A stretch of DNA of 62,523 nt, filler included, from Dugesia japonica (lineage: Eukaryota), in NCBI GenBank assembly GCA_001938525.1. It is 6 parts of 6 records of this genome, joined end to end, with 100 filler letters (N's around TTAATTAATTAA, not from the genome) between each part and the next. Parts side by side here need not be neighbours in the genome. Positions count along the whole stretch, not along the records: positions 31,906 to 44,037 come from MQRL01622210.1; positions 44,138 to 52,975 come from MQRL01562373.1; 4 more parts are not named here. The stretch is one strand, 5' to 3'. Each line of letters opens with the position of its first letter. Positions within the stretch are counted from its first letter, which is position 1. The notes beneath the pieces are model-generated. The model did no database searches, was not told the DNA's origin, and saw nothing but the letters and a program-made list of their open reading frames with translations. Made by a program: the position numbers and the translations under genes. Shown in pieces: positions 39,433 through 53,000 of the stretch.

Positions 39433-41923
39433 GTTAACTTTGTACAGTCACTTCTTACTATTGAGTTAAATGACACCAAATTTGAGACCATAGAGGTTAG
39501 GTATGCAGAGAAAATTGAGCGCCGAAAATTCGAAATTTTTCGTGACAAAACCTCTTTTATTTTATCGAGGACCAACTTTGGCGATTTTAGGTTTATATAT
39601 TCTGACTAAGCAGAATATTCTCTATCCAATAGACTATTTGTTGACTAATTTTTAGAAAAAAAGAAATGTTTTTTTAGAAAATTCTGTGAAAAATACTGGG
39701 AAACCGAAAATGATCGCCGTAAAATTCTGAATCGATTGATGTAAAAATATCCATATGTTAAAAAATAAAGAAATTATTTTCGAAAATTTGGGTTGTTTAT
39801 CCGGATTCCATAAAAAATTTCATATATAAATTTAAAATTTTCATATTATTTAAACAAATTGGGTTTATTAGAAAAGAGTCCGTTCTTCTCATTCAGAAAA
39901 GAGTCCGTCATGATAAAAAATATTTATTTCACAAAACGTTAATAAATTCCGGCTTTTAATAATTATCTGCTTCTCTTTGATTTTTGATCTTCTGCCAAGC
40001 ACTCTGAATATTCAAAAAACTAATTTATTAAAATTAATTTCTAATTAATGTCTAAAATTAAAACTTAAAATATTCATTTACTTATCCTGACAGGGTTGTT
40101 CACCCGGATTCTAATAAAGAATCCCATACAAAATTTTCTCCAACTAAAAAGCTTGAAAAATATTGCCGCTTAAAAAGCCTAAATTTTCGAAAATAATTCG
40201 GTCAACTTTTCAAAATACGATTAAAAGTTATGTAATTGCACATAAACTTTGCTCGCTAACTAAAAAGCTTGAAAAATTTAAAAACAATTAATCCTATTAA
40301 AAGAATTCAAGAATCAGGATTGAGCATTAAGTCTTGAGACGACGTCAATTCTCGGTGAATTGTTATAGATAAACTTCTAAAAAATATATTAAATATTAAT
40401 CTTATTAAACTATTTACAAAGTATCAATGTATAAAAAGTTGGATATTCGAGAGAAAACATAAAATAATGATAAAAATTCAAAAATAAATTAAATAAGATT
40501 ATCAGTAGATTATGTAGATTAATGTAGATTATCAGGTTCCGTGTAAGAGTAATTGGGGTATTTAATAGAACTATTTAATTTGAATGTAACTTCATTACAA
40601 GAAATGACCTCTTTGACAGAATCTACAATACTCTACTCCACGGTTTGGATATTCTTCATTAACAGCATGACTGATATTAAAATGAAAATAAATTTCAGCA
40701 TATTGTCATGTCTTATTTATTAAAAACAGACAAACATATTAATTAAACAAAGTAATTGTATAATATATATTATATGACAACATCCAAAATACAATCTTAT
40801 GTCATTTTGCACAAAATTTGTATTTAATTTGGCTTTAACATGTTTGTTTGAATAAATATATATCACAACTTCTACTTTTATGGATAATTTAAAAACTTAT
40901 TCTTCACTATATTTTAATTCTTTTATCTTTGGTAATTTTACAAATATTTGATAATTATTTGATAATATTTGATAATTATTTGAGATATTCTGAATAAATC
41001 AGAAATTAATTCGAATGTTATACGACAANACTGTAAATTTCTTTTTAATGGCTAATTTAAACAGAAGTTCATTGTTTTATTATTATCAAATTATTTATTA
41101 TTATTTTTTATTAACAAAACAATATTTAATAANNNNNNNNNNNNNNNNNNNNNNNNNNNNNNNNNNNNNNNNNNNNNNNNNNATTTGATAATTATTTGAG
41201 ATATTCTGAATAAATCAGAAATTAATTCGAATGTTATACGACAAAACTGTAAATTTCTTTTTAATGGCTAATTNAAACAGAAGTTCATTGTTTTATTATT
41301 ATCAAATTATTTATTATTATTTTTTATTAACAAAACAATATTTAATAATTAATATAAAATTTTAAAATGTACATTTTAAACAAAACAAAACAGTAAAATT
41401 ATTAATTCAAAAAATTATATGATGGTAACCATGACAATTAAATTATGTGAATGGAGGTAAATTTTTAAATGAATAAATTAGTTTCAATAACAGTTAATTA
41501 AATAGATCTTAAATGTTAAAATAATTTTGTTAAAGAAAAACATGTTTCTTTTCTCGATGATTATTATTTGACGCTTTTATCATTTGATTGTATTTATATG
41601 AGCTGGGATGTTTTTTCAACTATAAATTACAATGAGGCACGAAACGTATTCAAGTGTCTGTTAGTACCTGATGTAATTTACTATTTATTGTAATAAAAAT
41701 CGTTTCTTTCGTGATTGAAACGTTGGATAGATTCATAACTAATTTTTTGTAATTATTGATAAATTAATTTTTAATTAATTTATTTATTCTAATCATATTC
41801 ATATTAAAGGAAATTGTTTCTTTTAAATCTGAATGATGTAAGATGCGGAAATTATTTCGTAATAGAATTAAAATTTGTTTGAATAAATAATTTGATATGA
41901 TAACATATAAGTGATTAGTAAAA

Positions 41924-43726
41924 ATGTGTGAAAGACAAACAAGAATCGCAATTATTAATAAAGATAAATGTAAGCCAAAGAAATGCAATTTAGAATGCAT
42001 GAAAAATTGTCCAGTTAACGGAACTGGAAAACGCTGTATTGTTGTTACACCCGAAGATAAATTGGCAAAACTATCAGAAAATATGTGTATTGGTTGTGGT
42101 ATTTGTATAAAAAAATGTCCATTTGAAGCTATTCAGATGGTTAATATTCCATCAAATCTAGAAAAAGAAACAATTTATAGATATCAATGTAATTCTTTCA
42201 AATTGCATCGATTACCAATGCCACGACCAGGAGAAGTGTTGGGATTAGTTGGTAGGAATGGTATCGGTAAAACTACTACAATAAAAATTTTGGCTGGAAA
42301 ATTGAAACCTAATTTTGGACATTATAACGTCGAACCAGATTGGAAACAAGTATTGAATTATTTTCGTGGTTCAGACTTACAAAATTATTTTAAAGCAATT
42401 AGTCAAAATAAATTGACAGTTGTAGTTAAACCACAAAACGTTGAAGATGTCATTAAACAGATTTCCGATAAAATGGTTTCTGAAATTTTAACGCGTAAAA
42501 GTAGAAAAGATAATTTGAACACAATAATTAAAAATCTCAGTTTGACTCATCTTTTATCAAGGAAATGTGAGGAATTATCTGGTGGTGAATTACAAAGATT
42601 TTGCATTGCTGCATGTTGTTTAAGTGATGCTGGAGCTTATTTCTTTGATGAGCCGAGCTCATATTTAGATGTGAAACAACGTTTAGATGCCGCATCAACA
42701 ATACGAGACTTATTAACAGAAAAGAATTATATTATGGCAATTGAACATGATTTATCGGTATTGGATTATTTATCAGATTTCATCTGTTGTTTATATGGAG
42801 CACCAGGTCTTTATGGGGTTGTTACTATGCCTTTTTCTGTTCGAGAAGGAATCAATATCTTTCTTGACGGTTATATTCCAACTGAAAATATAAGATTTAG
42901 AGAAAATGCTTTAGTTTTCCGTGTAGCAGAATCAGCAAAAGATGAAGTGATTGAACGTCATTCAAAAGTCAGATATCCAAAGATGACAAAAACTTATAAA
43001 GATTTTCAATTAAATATTGAAAAGGGTCAATTTACAGATTCAGAAATCGTTGTTTTCTTAGGAGAAAATGGAACGGGTAAAACGACATTCATTAAAGTTT
43101 TAGCTGGACTAACTCAAGCTGATGACGATAGCAAATTACCTCGATTAAATGTTTCACACAAACCTCAAAGTATGCTTGGAAAATCAACTAAAACCGTTCA
43201 AAATCTCTTGTTGGAAAAGATTTGTGAATCATGTATTAGTCCTCAATTTCAAACAGAAGTATTAAAACCAATGAGGATTGAAGAGCTCCAAGATAAAGAA
43301 CTTCGGAAATTGACCGGAGGTGAACTACAACGAGTTGCTATTACTATATGCTTAGGTAAAAAAGCTGATGTATATCTAATTGATGAACCGTCAGCTCATC
43401 TTGATTCCGAAATGCGTATTGTGACCGCTAGAGTTATTAAAAGATTCATTTTACATGAAAAGAAAACTGCATTTGTTGTTGAACACGATTTAATTGTAGC
43501 AACGTATTTAGCAGACAAGGTAATCGTATTCGAAGGTTGTGCTGGTGAAAATGCAATTGCTAGAACTCCACAATCTCTATTGTCTGGAATGAACAATTTC
43601 TTAAAATCTTTGGAAATTACTTTTCGGCGTGATCAAATTAGTTTCCGACCTCGAATTAATAAAAAGAATTCAGTAAAAGACCATGAACAGAAATTGTCGA
43701 ACAATTATTTTTATTTGGAAAATTAA
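41924..43726 (+). CDS. ABCE1: ATP-binding cassette subfamily E member 1 (RLI1, ribosome recycling factor), single coding exon, 600 aa
   Basis: Fe-S cysteines CKPKKC..EC..NCP and [12 protein letters not shown]; NBD1 [21 protein letters not shown]; NBD2 [21 protein letters not shown]; C-terminal hinge RRD..RPRINK. Confidence 0.98.
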   Translation: MCERQTRIAIINKDKCKPKKCNLECMKNCPVNGTGKRCIVVTPEDKLAKLSENMCIGCGICIKKCPFEAIQMVNIPSNLEKETIYRYQCNSFKLHRLPMPRPGEVLGLVGRNGIGKTTTIKILAGKLKPNFGHYNVEPDWKQVLNYFRGSDLQNYFKAISQNKLTVVVKPQNVEDVIKQISDKMVSEILTRKSRKDNLNTIIKNLSLTHLLSRKCEELSGGELQRFCIAACCLSDAGAYFFDEPSSYLDVKQRLDAASTIRDLLTEKNYIMAIEHDLSVLDYLSDFICCLYGAPGLYGVVTMPFSVREGINIFLDGYIPTENIRFRENALVFRVAESAKDEVIERHSKVRYPKMTKTYKDFQLNIEKGQFTDSEIVVFLGENGTGKTTFIKVLAGLTQADDDSKLPRLNVSHKPQSMLGKSTKTVQNLLLEKICESCISPQFQTEVLKPMRIEELQDKELRKLTGGELQRVAITICLGKKADVYLIDEPSAHLDSEMRIVTARVIKRFILHEKKTAFVVEHDLIVATYLADKVIVFEGCAGENAIARTPQSLLSGMNNFLKSLEITFRRDQISFRPRINKKNSVKDHEQKLSNNYFYLEN

Positions 43727-45099
43727 ATTTCATAATTCATTATAAATAATCGATAATGTTTTTCATCAGATATTTAATGAATTTTTCAATTATTTCAAGT
43801 TATTTACTTAGCTATAATTCCTAGAACAATTTTCAAAATTTTACTAATACATTTATGATAATTATTTTAATTCTTTTTATTGAATTATTTTATTGGTTTA
43901 ATTAATAATTTTATTTTAATAATTTTATTTTAGTTTTTCAATTTTACAATTGCAATTATTGCGAGAATAATTGTTGGACTTAACCATTGATCGTTTTTGA
44001 GATTTCATTCAAATAATAGCTTCGGTCAAATTAAATTNNNNNNNNNNNNNNNNNNNNNNNNNNNNNNNNNNNNNNNNNNNNTTAATTAATTAANNNNNNN
44101 NNNNNNNNNNNNNNNNNNNNNNNNNNNNNNNNNNNNNTTTAACATTCGATAATTGACTTTAATATTAAGAAATCTCTTTTACAATAATAAGTTTGAAAGT
44201 TAGAATAGAGTTAAAATCCTCTAGTTTGGAAGTTTTAAAACTCTATTATTAACTTTATTTGTAAAATGATGAAACGAATGATTTAGAAAAAAGAACGAAA
44301 AACATTTTAAAAATCGAAAATCGGTCTTAAAAAGATGAGATTTCAGTTTTTTAATTTTTGCAAAATAACTGCAGTTNNNNNNNNNNNNNNNNNNNNNNNN
44401 NNNNNNNNNNNNNNNNNNNNNNNNNNTTTAACATTCGATAATTGACTTTAATATTAAGAAATCTCTTTTACAATAATAAGTTTGAAAGTTAGAATAGAGT
44501 CAAAATCCTCTAGTTTGGAAGTTTTAAAACTCTATTATTAACTTTATTTGTAAAATGATGCAACGAATGATTTAGAAAAATGAACGAAAATCATTTTAAA
44601 AATCGAAAATCGGTCTTAAAAAGATGAGATTTCAGTTTTTTAATTTTTGCAAAATAACTGCAGTTTTTGGTTTTCGGTAAACCACGGTGACAAACCCTAT
44701 TTCTATTATTTCTTTTAGACCTTTTAAATACTGTTTAATTAGAACAATATTAAATGGTAGCAACATTATGAAGAAATAATAGAAATAAATAACAGCGAAA
44801 TTCGTTGAAATGAAAAAGAGTTTGTATTTGTATGTATTCATTTGGAAATAAATACGAAATAAAAATATAATACATTTAGAAAATAAAAATGCAGTGCTCT
44901 ATTTAAAAAAACCTTGAAAAATTTGGACTTACATCTAATCCCACAAGTATGTAAAAAAATTTCCTTTTATCCAAGAATCCTTAAAATATCTAGGTTAAAC
45001 TTTTGTAAAAAATTTGTTTAAACTTTTCGTTGCTTCAACCGTATATACTCTTTACTATCGTGATAATTCGTACTGTTTCCTGCTCAACACGATCGTTTT

Positions 45100-45884
45100 A
45101 CGTTTGGTACCTAATACCTATGAGCACGTTTAATTCGATAGAAGCGATGTTGCGCTTTTGAAAAAAGTAAAATCGGTAATCCCGAATTACCAAAGCATAT
45201 TTCTAGTTCATTAAATATGTTACGCCCTGTTATTTTGCCTTTATATGTCAGGACATCCAATAATTCTTCTGTTACATTCAGACCTTTGTCAACTCCTCTA
45301 ATAAATACCACACAGTGATAGGTATCGGTTATGCATATACTTTCCTCAAGAGCAATTGACCATGATTCAAATTGTTTTGCAATATGAACCAGTTGCTGAT
45401 AAACACTTTTGGTTAATTCGCTAATTCTACTGGAAATAATATTTGCAGACAAACGTATCCCATGAAACAACTTTTTTTTCAGGGCAAAATGTTTCACTAG
45501 CTTTAAGAAAACAATCTTTTACAAATTGTCCTTCGGTTAATGGTTGCGACGATTTTAACATCATCTCACTGATGACAAAACTTGCTCTTACGAATTCTTC
45601 ACAGAATTAGTTCATCATATTGAAAACGTTTCGTTGCTTTTCAATTTATTCTTTTAGATGTAGAACTTTTTAATCGTGGATTTTTACAGGTATTGTTTCA
45701 TATTGTTCTTTCTACATTGTAACATAATTTCTCTGTACGTTATATTCTTTTGGAACATAAATGATTTGTATACAAATTAGATATTGTATTTTTTCCTTCA
45801 TTTTTGTCACAAAATATAGATTTTCCCATTTTTCATTAAACCTCCGTTTTCATCTATAATTCTCCTCTTCCTTGGAAATGACAT
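45100..45884 (-). mobile_element. hAT (Charlie/SPIN-like) transposase remnant
   Basis: Minus-strand MSFPRKRRIIDEN..., zinc-finger remnant with VPKEYNVQRNY, then IRLSANIISSRISEL, WSIALEES..TD..VFIRGVD..VTEELL and KITGRNIF. Confidence 0.85.
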
Positions 45885-47132
45885 GAATTATTATAATAAT
45901 AAATAACTTTAACACTTAATAATTCTTTTTATCAATAATTAACTTTAATAACTAATAACTTTTAAAACTAAAAGTACAATGATTTAAAACTGCTCATATA
46001 TATTCAGATATATTCCTATTGTTCTAATTATAGTTAATTTTTTTAATCAAATGTCAAAAAAATGTATTTCTTACTTATTTTAACTATTATATATCTTTCT
46101 ACAATATTTTAAACAAGAAAATGATTTACNNNNNNNNNNNNNNNNNNNNNNNNNNNNNNNNNNNNNNNNNNNNNNNNNNTTTCTTACTTATTTTAACTAT
46201 TATATATCTTTCTACAATATTTTAAACAAGAAAATGATTTACATAAAAATTTGGCAAGACAAGTTTATCATTAAATTATTAAAGAATTACAAAATTTAAA
46301 TCAGTCAAACCTTCTGAAAATATTAGAAATAATTGAAATTTTTAATGTAAAATGTAAACNNNNNNNNNNNNNNNNNNNNNNNNNNGAGGTGGCAAATATT
46401 ATATTCTAATAATTATAACAAAAGAATTTATTAAAATTTACTGTATTTTATAAAATATTTCATCATTTGGAATTTATTGAAAAATAAAAATAATAATAAA
46501 ATAAAAATGAAAATTTAATTCAATTAGAGCGACATTTAAAATGAGAAGCTATAGTTATCTATAAAATTTACAAAGCAAAGCTGATTAAACAAGTAATTTC
46601 TGCTAGTATCAGTGAAGCATTGTGGACCGTGTGTTTGACTTATAAGTTATAAATGTGTGAATTTAATGTTTAAATTCCAGTTAATTTCTTGGAAATTTTA
46701 ATTTATTTAAAATATTATTGTAATTAATTAACTTTTTGAAGGTATCACAGAATAAAAATGTCTTAATGACACAAAAATAAATTAAATTTAAATTAACTCT
46801 TATTTTTATAAAAAAAATATGTATAAATAAAGTTTTGTATCGAATTATAAAAATATTATGAAAGTATAACAGTAAAGATTTGTTAAAATTAAGCGCACTC
46901 TTGAGTGAAAAAGAAACTACACGATGGAAAATTTATAAACCAACATAAACCAGCTTAATATTTAGCATGCATTAATTTTCTTTTGTTAAGTAATATTACA
47001 TTTCTTGATTATTGTATCAGTATTAATATTATTGATATTATTATTATTATATTATTATATTATTATTATAATTATTAAAATATTATTTCTACTATTATTA
47101 ATAATAAAATTATTATTATTACTATTTTTATT

Positions 47133-47308
47133 AATATAATTATTATAATTAATATTATCAAATATAATTATTATAATTAATATTATCAAATATAATTATT
47201 ATAATTAATATTATCAAATATAATTATTATGATTAATATTATCAAATATAATTATTATAATTAATATTATCAAATATAATTATTATAATTAATATTATCA
47301 AATATAAT
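47133..47308. repeat. 28-bp tandem repeat, about 6 copies
   Basis: Unit aatataattattataattaatattatca, near-perfect with one a>g variant. Confidence 0.92.
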
Positions 47309-48329
47309 CAATCATATATAATCAATTAAAATGACGTGAATATTGTTAAAACAAGAACGATATATATTTTATCAAATATTAAATATTCAAATTTTTTCTA
47401 TTAAATAATTTAAATTGTCTTTTATTTCAATTTCTTTTTAAAGTTATTTCTATGTTTTTATTAATTCATGGAAATTAAAGATAAAATTTTTGTCAATGAA
47501 AATATTTTTTTAAAAAGAGACTCAAATTAGATAAAGCAATGCTGTGTAGCTATATCCGTCTGATGTAAATTATAAATTAGATCCATGTTTTTAATCTTTC
47601 TCGTATTGTTCATAAATTTTAGCCAATCGACACTAATCAAAGTGGACTATTAAGATTTATTTATTGTTCCGTAACAATAAATACTTTAATGATATAAATT
47701 TATTGCTGCTTCAGTTTTCCTTTAGTTTTATAATATAGGCGGATTTTAATTTTAGTTTTCATAAAAACTATTTCTTAATTTTGTTTGTTTTAGTTTAATT
47801 ATTAATTTTTTAAAATTTTATTCGGGATTTAAAAATTATTAATAAGCACCTATCACCCGTCAAAGTTTTACTAATCTAAAAATCGCATAATCTGAAAGAT
47901 TNTATTCTAAATTTTATTTTTAATTCAATAATTCTTTAATAACAACATGTTGTGAAATTTCTAAAATACAAAGTTATTTATTTTATTTGTACAAAGTTAT
48001 TTATTGTTTTTTCTAAATAATTAATTATTAAGTTTTCCTAAATAAAATTTTCAATGATTCTTAACTTACCTGATTGTTGACTAAATTGGTATTCTTGGAA
48101 GNNNNNNNNNNNNNNNNNNNNNNNNNNNNNNNNNNNNNNNNNNNNNNNNNNATTCAATTGAATTATTATTTGGTCTTGAAACAAGTTGTATCTATTTTTT
48201 TAAACTTTAGAAATATATGCAAATTGTATCATTATTTCATATTTTATAATCATTAAAATTAATAATAATATAAAGAACAGTTTGGTTAAGGTAATACGTC
48301 ATTTGAAAAGTGATTATTTTAATAACTGG

Positions 48330-48850
48330 TCTTCGAAATGGAATACCAAGTAGGAAAAATTAAGCATCTTCGACACATCAATTGATCCAGCGCAACCAGA
48401 CAGTCAACACGGAACTATATATTCTGAAAACGCAGCTCAAGATGGCAATTCAACAAAAATAGGCAGAATCGCAATATAGGGTTCTCCTGTAACACGATAA
48501 TGCTCACCCTTATATCGCCAACATCACACAAAATGCCATTCATACGCTTGGTGGGGAAGTTCTGTTGCATCTTCCATATTTTCCAGAATTTCTCAAATTT
48601 CCACTTTTTCAAATCGATTTCGAAAGAATTAATCGGCGTTTTTTTCAATAAAGAAGTCGAATTCGTTGGACATATTCTTCAATTTAAAACCGATTGATTC
48701 TTATCGTAGAAGTAAAAATTGTAGAGCGTTGGCAACAAGTTTAAAATAGTGAATGAGAATATATTATTGACTAACTTATTATTTCTTTTTTTAAATATTG
48801 TTTAAATTATTTGGATAAAACGGAATAAAACTTATGTCAACGCCTAATAA
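48330..48850 (+). mobile_element. Mariner transposase C-terminal remnant in an intron
   Basis: NQTVNTELY, VLL*HDNAHPY, EVLLHLPYFPE, FHFFKS and ERWQQV; TIR-like end ...AACTTATGTCAACGCCTAA followed by TA. Confidence 0.8.
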
Positions 48851-49172
48851 AAATCTNGTGTATACCGATCGTGTAAAAATAAAGTTGGGTGTATTGATTT
48901 ATATATTAATTAAATTCATTATTTTTTAATAATAAATTTTTTTTAACACAAGAAATATTTTTTTTATAAATAGAATTTTTTCCAAGCCATTCTTATTTTA
49001 TATTTTTAATTTATATTTATATATATATATATATATATATAATCTACGCATATTTAAATCATTCATCCTATTTTTCGTTTATTGATTTCTTAAATACCAA
49101 ATATGTTTTCTAAATTATTATAAATCATATTTGTAATGAAAAATAGTAAATTTCTTTTAATTTTTCTTTTAG

Positions 49173-49351
49173 AAATCAGCTTTATTCGCGGTTTAGTCCA
49201 AATGACTGGGAGACTTCTAATCATGCACATTTCAAATTATCTGAAGCCGAAAGAGCACAGGCTACTCGTTTGAAATCAGATACTTGGAAAGCAGTAAAAG
49301 AAACTGAACACAAAACAAGATCTCGACAAGCTGAAGCAACTAAAAGATTAA
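49173..49351 (+). CDS. TEKT3: Internal exon of a Tektin-3-like axonemal protein
   Basis: Polypyrimidine-AG acceptor and GTAAAT donor. It encodes (R)NQLYSRFSPNDWETSNHAHFKLSEAERAQATRLKSDTWKAVKETEHKTRSRQAEATKRL, matching the tektin-3/5 N-terminal pattern L.TRY.P.DW..SN from memory. The exact paralog is uncertain. Confidence 0.8.
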
Positions 49352-49409
49352 GTAAATTCAATTTTACAAACAATATTAAAATCAGAAACACACTATTTTA
49401 ATCAATATT

Positions 49410-50035
49410 TATTAACAGCAACAAGTTTCAACAGTATATCTGTCATCATCAGGAAAACTGTTTTAAACTATGAATAGAGTATATATTTTAAAGTTCCGCA
49501 TTATGCAATTGATTATGTAACAGCCTGAATAAATATATCCAATAAACATTTGGAAAAATTGATCTTATCATCAATGGTTAACACTCAACTCTCTCCCAAT
49601 AATCTCTAAGCTTTCTGCACAAACTTTTGTAATTACTAAATTTGTAACTGCTTTACACTGAATATTATGTTCTGCAATATTACTGTGACTATCTAACCGA
49701 CTATATTCCTGAATTCTTTTACAGAGATGACGGATAGGTAGTCACAGTAATATTGCAGAACATCACATTCAGTGTAAGTCAGTTATAAAAATAAAGATTA
49801 TTTGGAATTATGTGCGAAGCATCGATGATTACATCAAACGATCCAAATATTAATGTTCAAATAGGTTTTATTAAATCTTTATAGAATATTTTTATTTAAT
49901 TTGAATTTTATGGGGTTGTAATATAATCAATTGCATAATGCGGAATGTTAAATTGTATATAAATAATTTATAAATAATTTTAAAACAGTTTGCCTGAAGA
50001 CGACAGATATACTCTTGAAACGTGTTTCTATTAAT
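49410..50035. repeat. ~620-bp foldback (inverted Penelope-like terminal repeats)
   Basis: Nested inverted blocks: 49410-49468 with 49978-50035, ~49495-49524 with ~49915-49945, and ~49652-49699 with ~49731-49778. Confidence 0.88.
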
Positions 50036-53000
50036 AAATCTTGGTTTAAATGGCTTATTTCTATGTTTATCAATAAATTTCCATTATTTTATTTTAACTT
50101 ATTGAACATTAAAATCAATAATAAAATTTTTTAAAAAAAAATACTGAAATGAATGAAATATTGAAATTGAAGTCTTGAAATAATTTTAAATAGAGTTATT
50201 GATTTGTAAATTAACTGTATTCATTATTATTGAATGGTGAGAATTTTATAATTTTTTTAATAATGATAAATAAGAANTTGCCATATTCAATAAATATTAA
50301 TCAATTTTCTTTGATTAAAAGTTTTAGCATTTCGTAGAGATATTTAATTAATTTAGAAATTTTTGTTTATAATTGATTCTATCATATTTTATGTATTTAT
50401 TAGAAAGTGTTTTTTCAACTGTTTAAAATAAAACCAATAATATTTTAACATTTATAATTTTCAAAAACAATAAATAATAATTTTTTACTGTGTTTAAAAC
50501 ATGCATAACACTGATTATAATTTTTATAAATAAATATGAAAACGTTTAGAATTAGTACAAAAAGCCATACTAATTTGTATCATTGGAGCACTAAATATGT
50601 CAACCGCAAACCTTTAAAACCCACTAATTAAACAGACATGAATATTGACCACTAGTCTAAAGACAGCACTTTTACACCTATTTAATTGTTATTTTTCCTT
50701 GATAAATTTTTAAAAATTCTTTAAAATTATCACCAATATTTGATAGAATTTATAGTGACTTGCAAACATATTTTTTGGCATCAATTAAATCCTGTTTTAA
50801 TGTTAAGTTTCTATTTATGATAACCTAGCCATTGAATGATTCATGTTTTATAATCAAAATTTACACTGATAACATTGTGAGACTAGGTTTAATTATAATA
50901 TTAGGTTTTTCATTGAAAATTAAATATGAAAAGTTAGGAATTGAGGAAAACGAACAGATAAATCAATTTGAAACAGTTTTAATTTTATATATATANNNNN
51001 NNNNNNNNNNNNNNNNNNNNNNNNNNNNNNNNNNNNNNNNNNNNNCATGAATATTGACCACTAGTCTAAAGACAGCACTTTTACACCTATTTAATTGTTA
51101 TTTTTCCTTGATAAATTTTAAAAATTCTTTAAAATTATCACCAATGTTTGATAGAATTTATAGTGGCTTGCAAACATATTTTTTGGCATCAATTAAATCC
51201 TGTTTTAATGTTAAGTTTTTATTTATGATAACCTAGCCATTGACTGATTCATGTTTTATAATCAAAATTTACACTGGTAACATTGTGAGACTAGGTTTAA
51301 TTATAATATTAGGTTTTTCATTGAAAATAAAATATGAAAAGTTAGGAATTGAGGAAAACGAACAGATAAATAAATTTGAAACAGCTTTAATTCTAAAAAA
51401 ATTAAGTCTAAAAAAATTCTTTAAAATGAGTGATAGAGGCATATTTGTGGTCGATGTTATTTACAAGATTTCATGACAAATATCATCAAGAATATCTTGT
51501 CTGTAAGACATTTACAGTTCATCCAGCTGAAACGAAACAAATACACTCTGCAATAAAACAATAAAAAATGAATCAGATATACATAATCAAGATAAAGAAA
51601 GTGAAAATTTGGTTCTTTGACAAATAAATTATTGTCAAAAGATTATTCGAATTCTATTTAAAATTTAAAAATTAAATGCTTTTCTTTTAAATCAAAACAA
51701 TTTTATTTTCTACTAAATGGACGGTGTATTTTAACAAATTAATTTTACAATAAATAATNATTTATTTTCTAATAACTTTATTTAATTTATTTTTTGGCTT
51801 TATTAATTTATTAAACTATTTTTAAAAAATTGATTAATTTAAAATTTTAATCTAATTAATAATTAAATATTAATTAATTTTTATTTGAATCGCAGCTATT
51901 CCGTTCGATGTTAACAATTTGCAATTATTCATATTTATATTAGACAAATAATCAGTCATTGTATGAATTGAAAAATAATCTTGAAATAATTCTTATTTTT
52001 TAATTATTGATAGCTGAAATTTAATTTGTTTCAATCAAGTAATATACTTTGTTTGATTATTTAACGTGACAAGTTAAATGATATTTACCAATGATTATTT
52101 CAATTAACACAATCAGATTATTGAAACTACTTAAACGTTGGTTAGATATTTTCTATAATACCAAAAAAAATTATTTTAGTTTTTCTCTATTCATTATGTT
52201 TCAAATTGTTGAAATTGTACTTACTCCATCCTATAAAAAATTGGATTTAATAATTTTAATTTTAAATGATTACTAGTAAAATTTTGTTTCGTATATATTA
52301 GGTTAATTCAAGCAAAATGGGGATAATAAATTGTAAATAATTTATTAATTAATCATTAATATCAATATGATTTTTTAAATTATTATTAACACGTATTACA
52401 AGCATTATTTAACCAGAATATTTTAAATTTTAGACATAGGTATAAAATGGCCATGTAAAAATCAATAACTTTTGCAGAACCGAGCGTTTATTTAAAATTT
52501 CTATTTTTAAAAGACTATTCTGCAAGTTCAGCTTAAAAGTAATTAAAGAAAATGCTCCCCAACTAGTACATGCAAAAGGAAACAATCGANNNNNNNNNNN
52601 NNNNNNNNNNNNNNNNNNNNNNNNNNNNNNNNNNNNNNNAAAATCAATAACCTTTGCAGAACCGAGCGTTTATTTAAAATTTCTATTTTTAAAAGACTAT
52701 TCTGCAAGTTCAGCTGAAAAGTAATTAAAGAAAATGCTCCCCAACTAGTACATGCAAAAGGAAACAATCGAAAAACGGTTTATTAAGTTTAGAAAAGATG
52801 ATTTGTTGATAACAGACAAACGAGGTGGTGATATGACAAATGGAACAGAAAAAAATATTTGAATGAAATAAGTGGGACAGATTTTGACAGAAACGCGACA
52901 GACAAGCCCCTATGTAATTTCACAAAAGCTGTCAATTCCACAATCAACAGTTTTCAGAATTTTAAAGAAAGATTTNNNNNNNNNNNNNNNNNNNNNNNNN

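Noticed and set aside
31906-44037. ABCE1 as cargo of the flanking MULE/LTR elements or nested in the RPTP gene
   Set aside because: ABCE1 lies outside the MULE TIRs, no enclosing repeats are visible, and the RPTP exons are on a different linker-separated piece.
47133-47308. Regular 28-bp repeat as a CRISPR-like array
   Set aside because: Head-to-tail copies with no unique spacers, in a eukaryotic context without cas genes.
40967-52771. Tandem duplications flanking ~50-N gaps (40967-41132/41183-41348, 44138-44376/44427-44665, ~46069-46129/46180-46242, 50637-50985/51046-51392, 52459-52589/52640-52771)
   Set aside because: Each pair sits exactly either side of a gap and is identical or differs by a few SNPs, typical of unmerged contig overlaps or haplotypes rather than real duplications.
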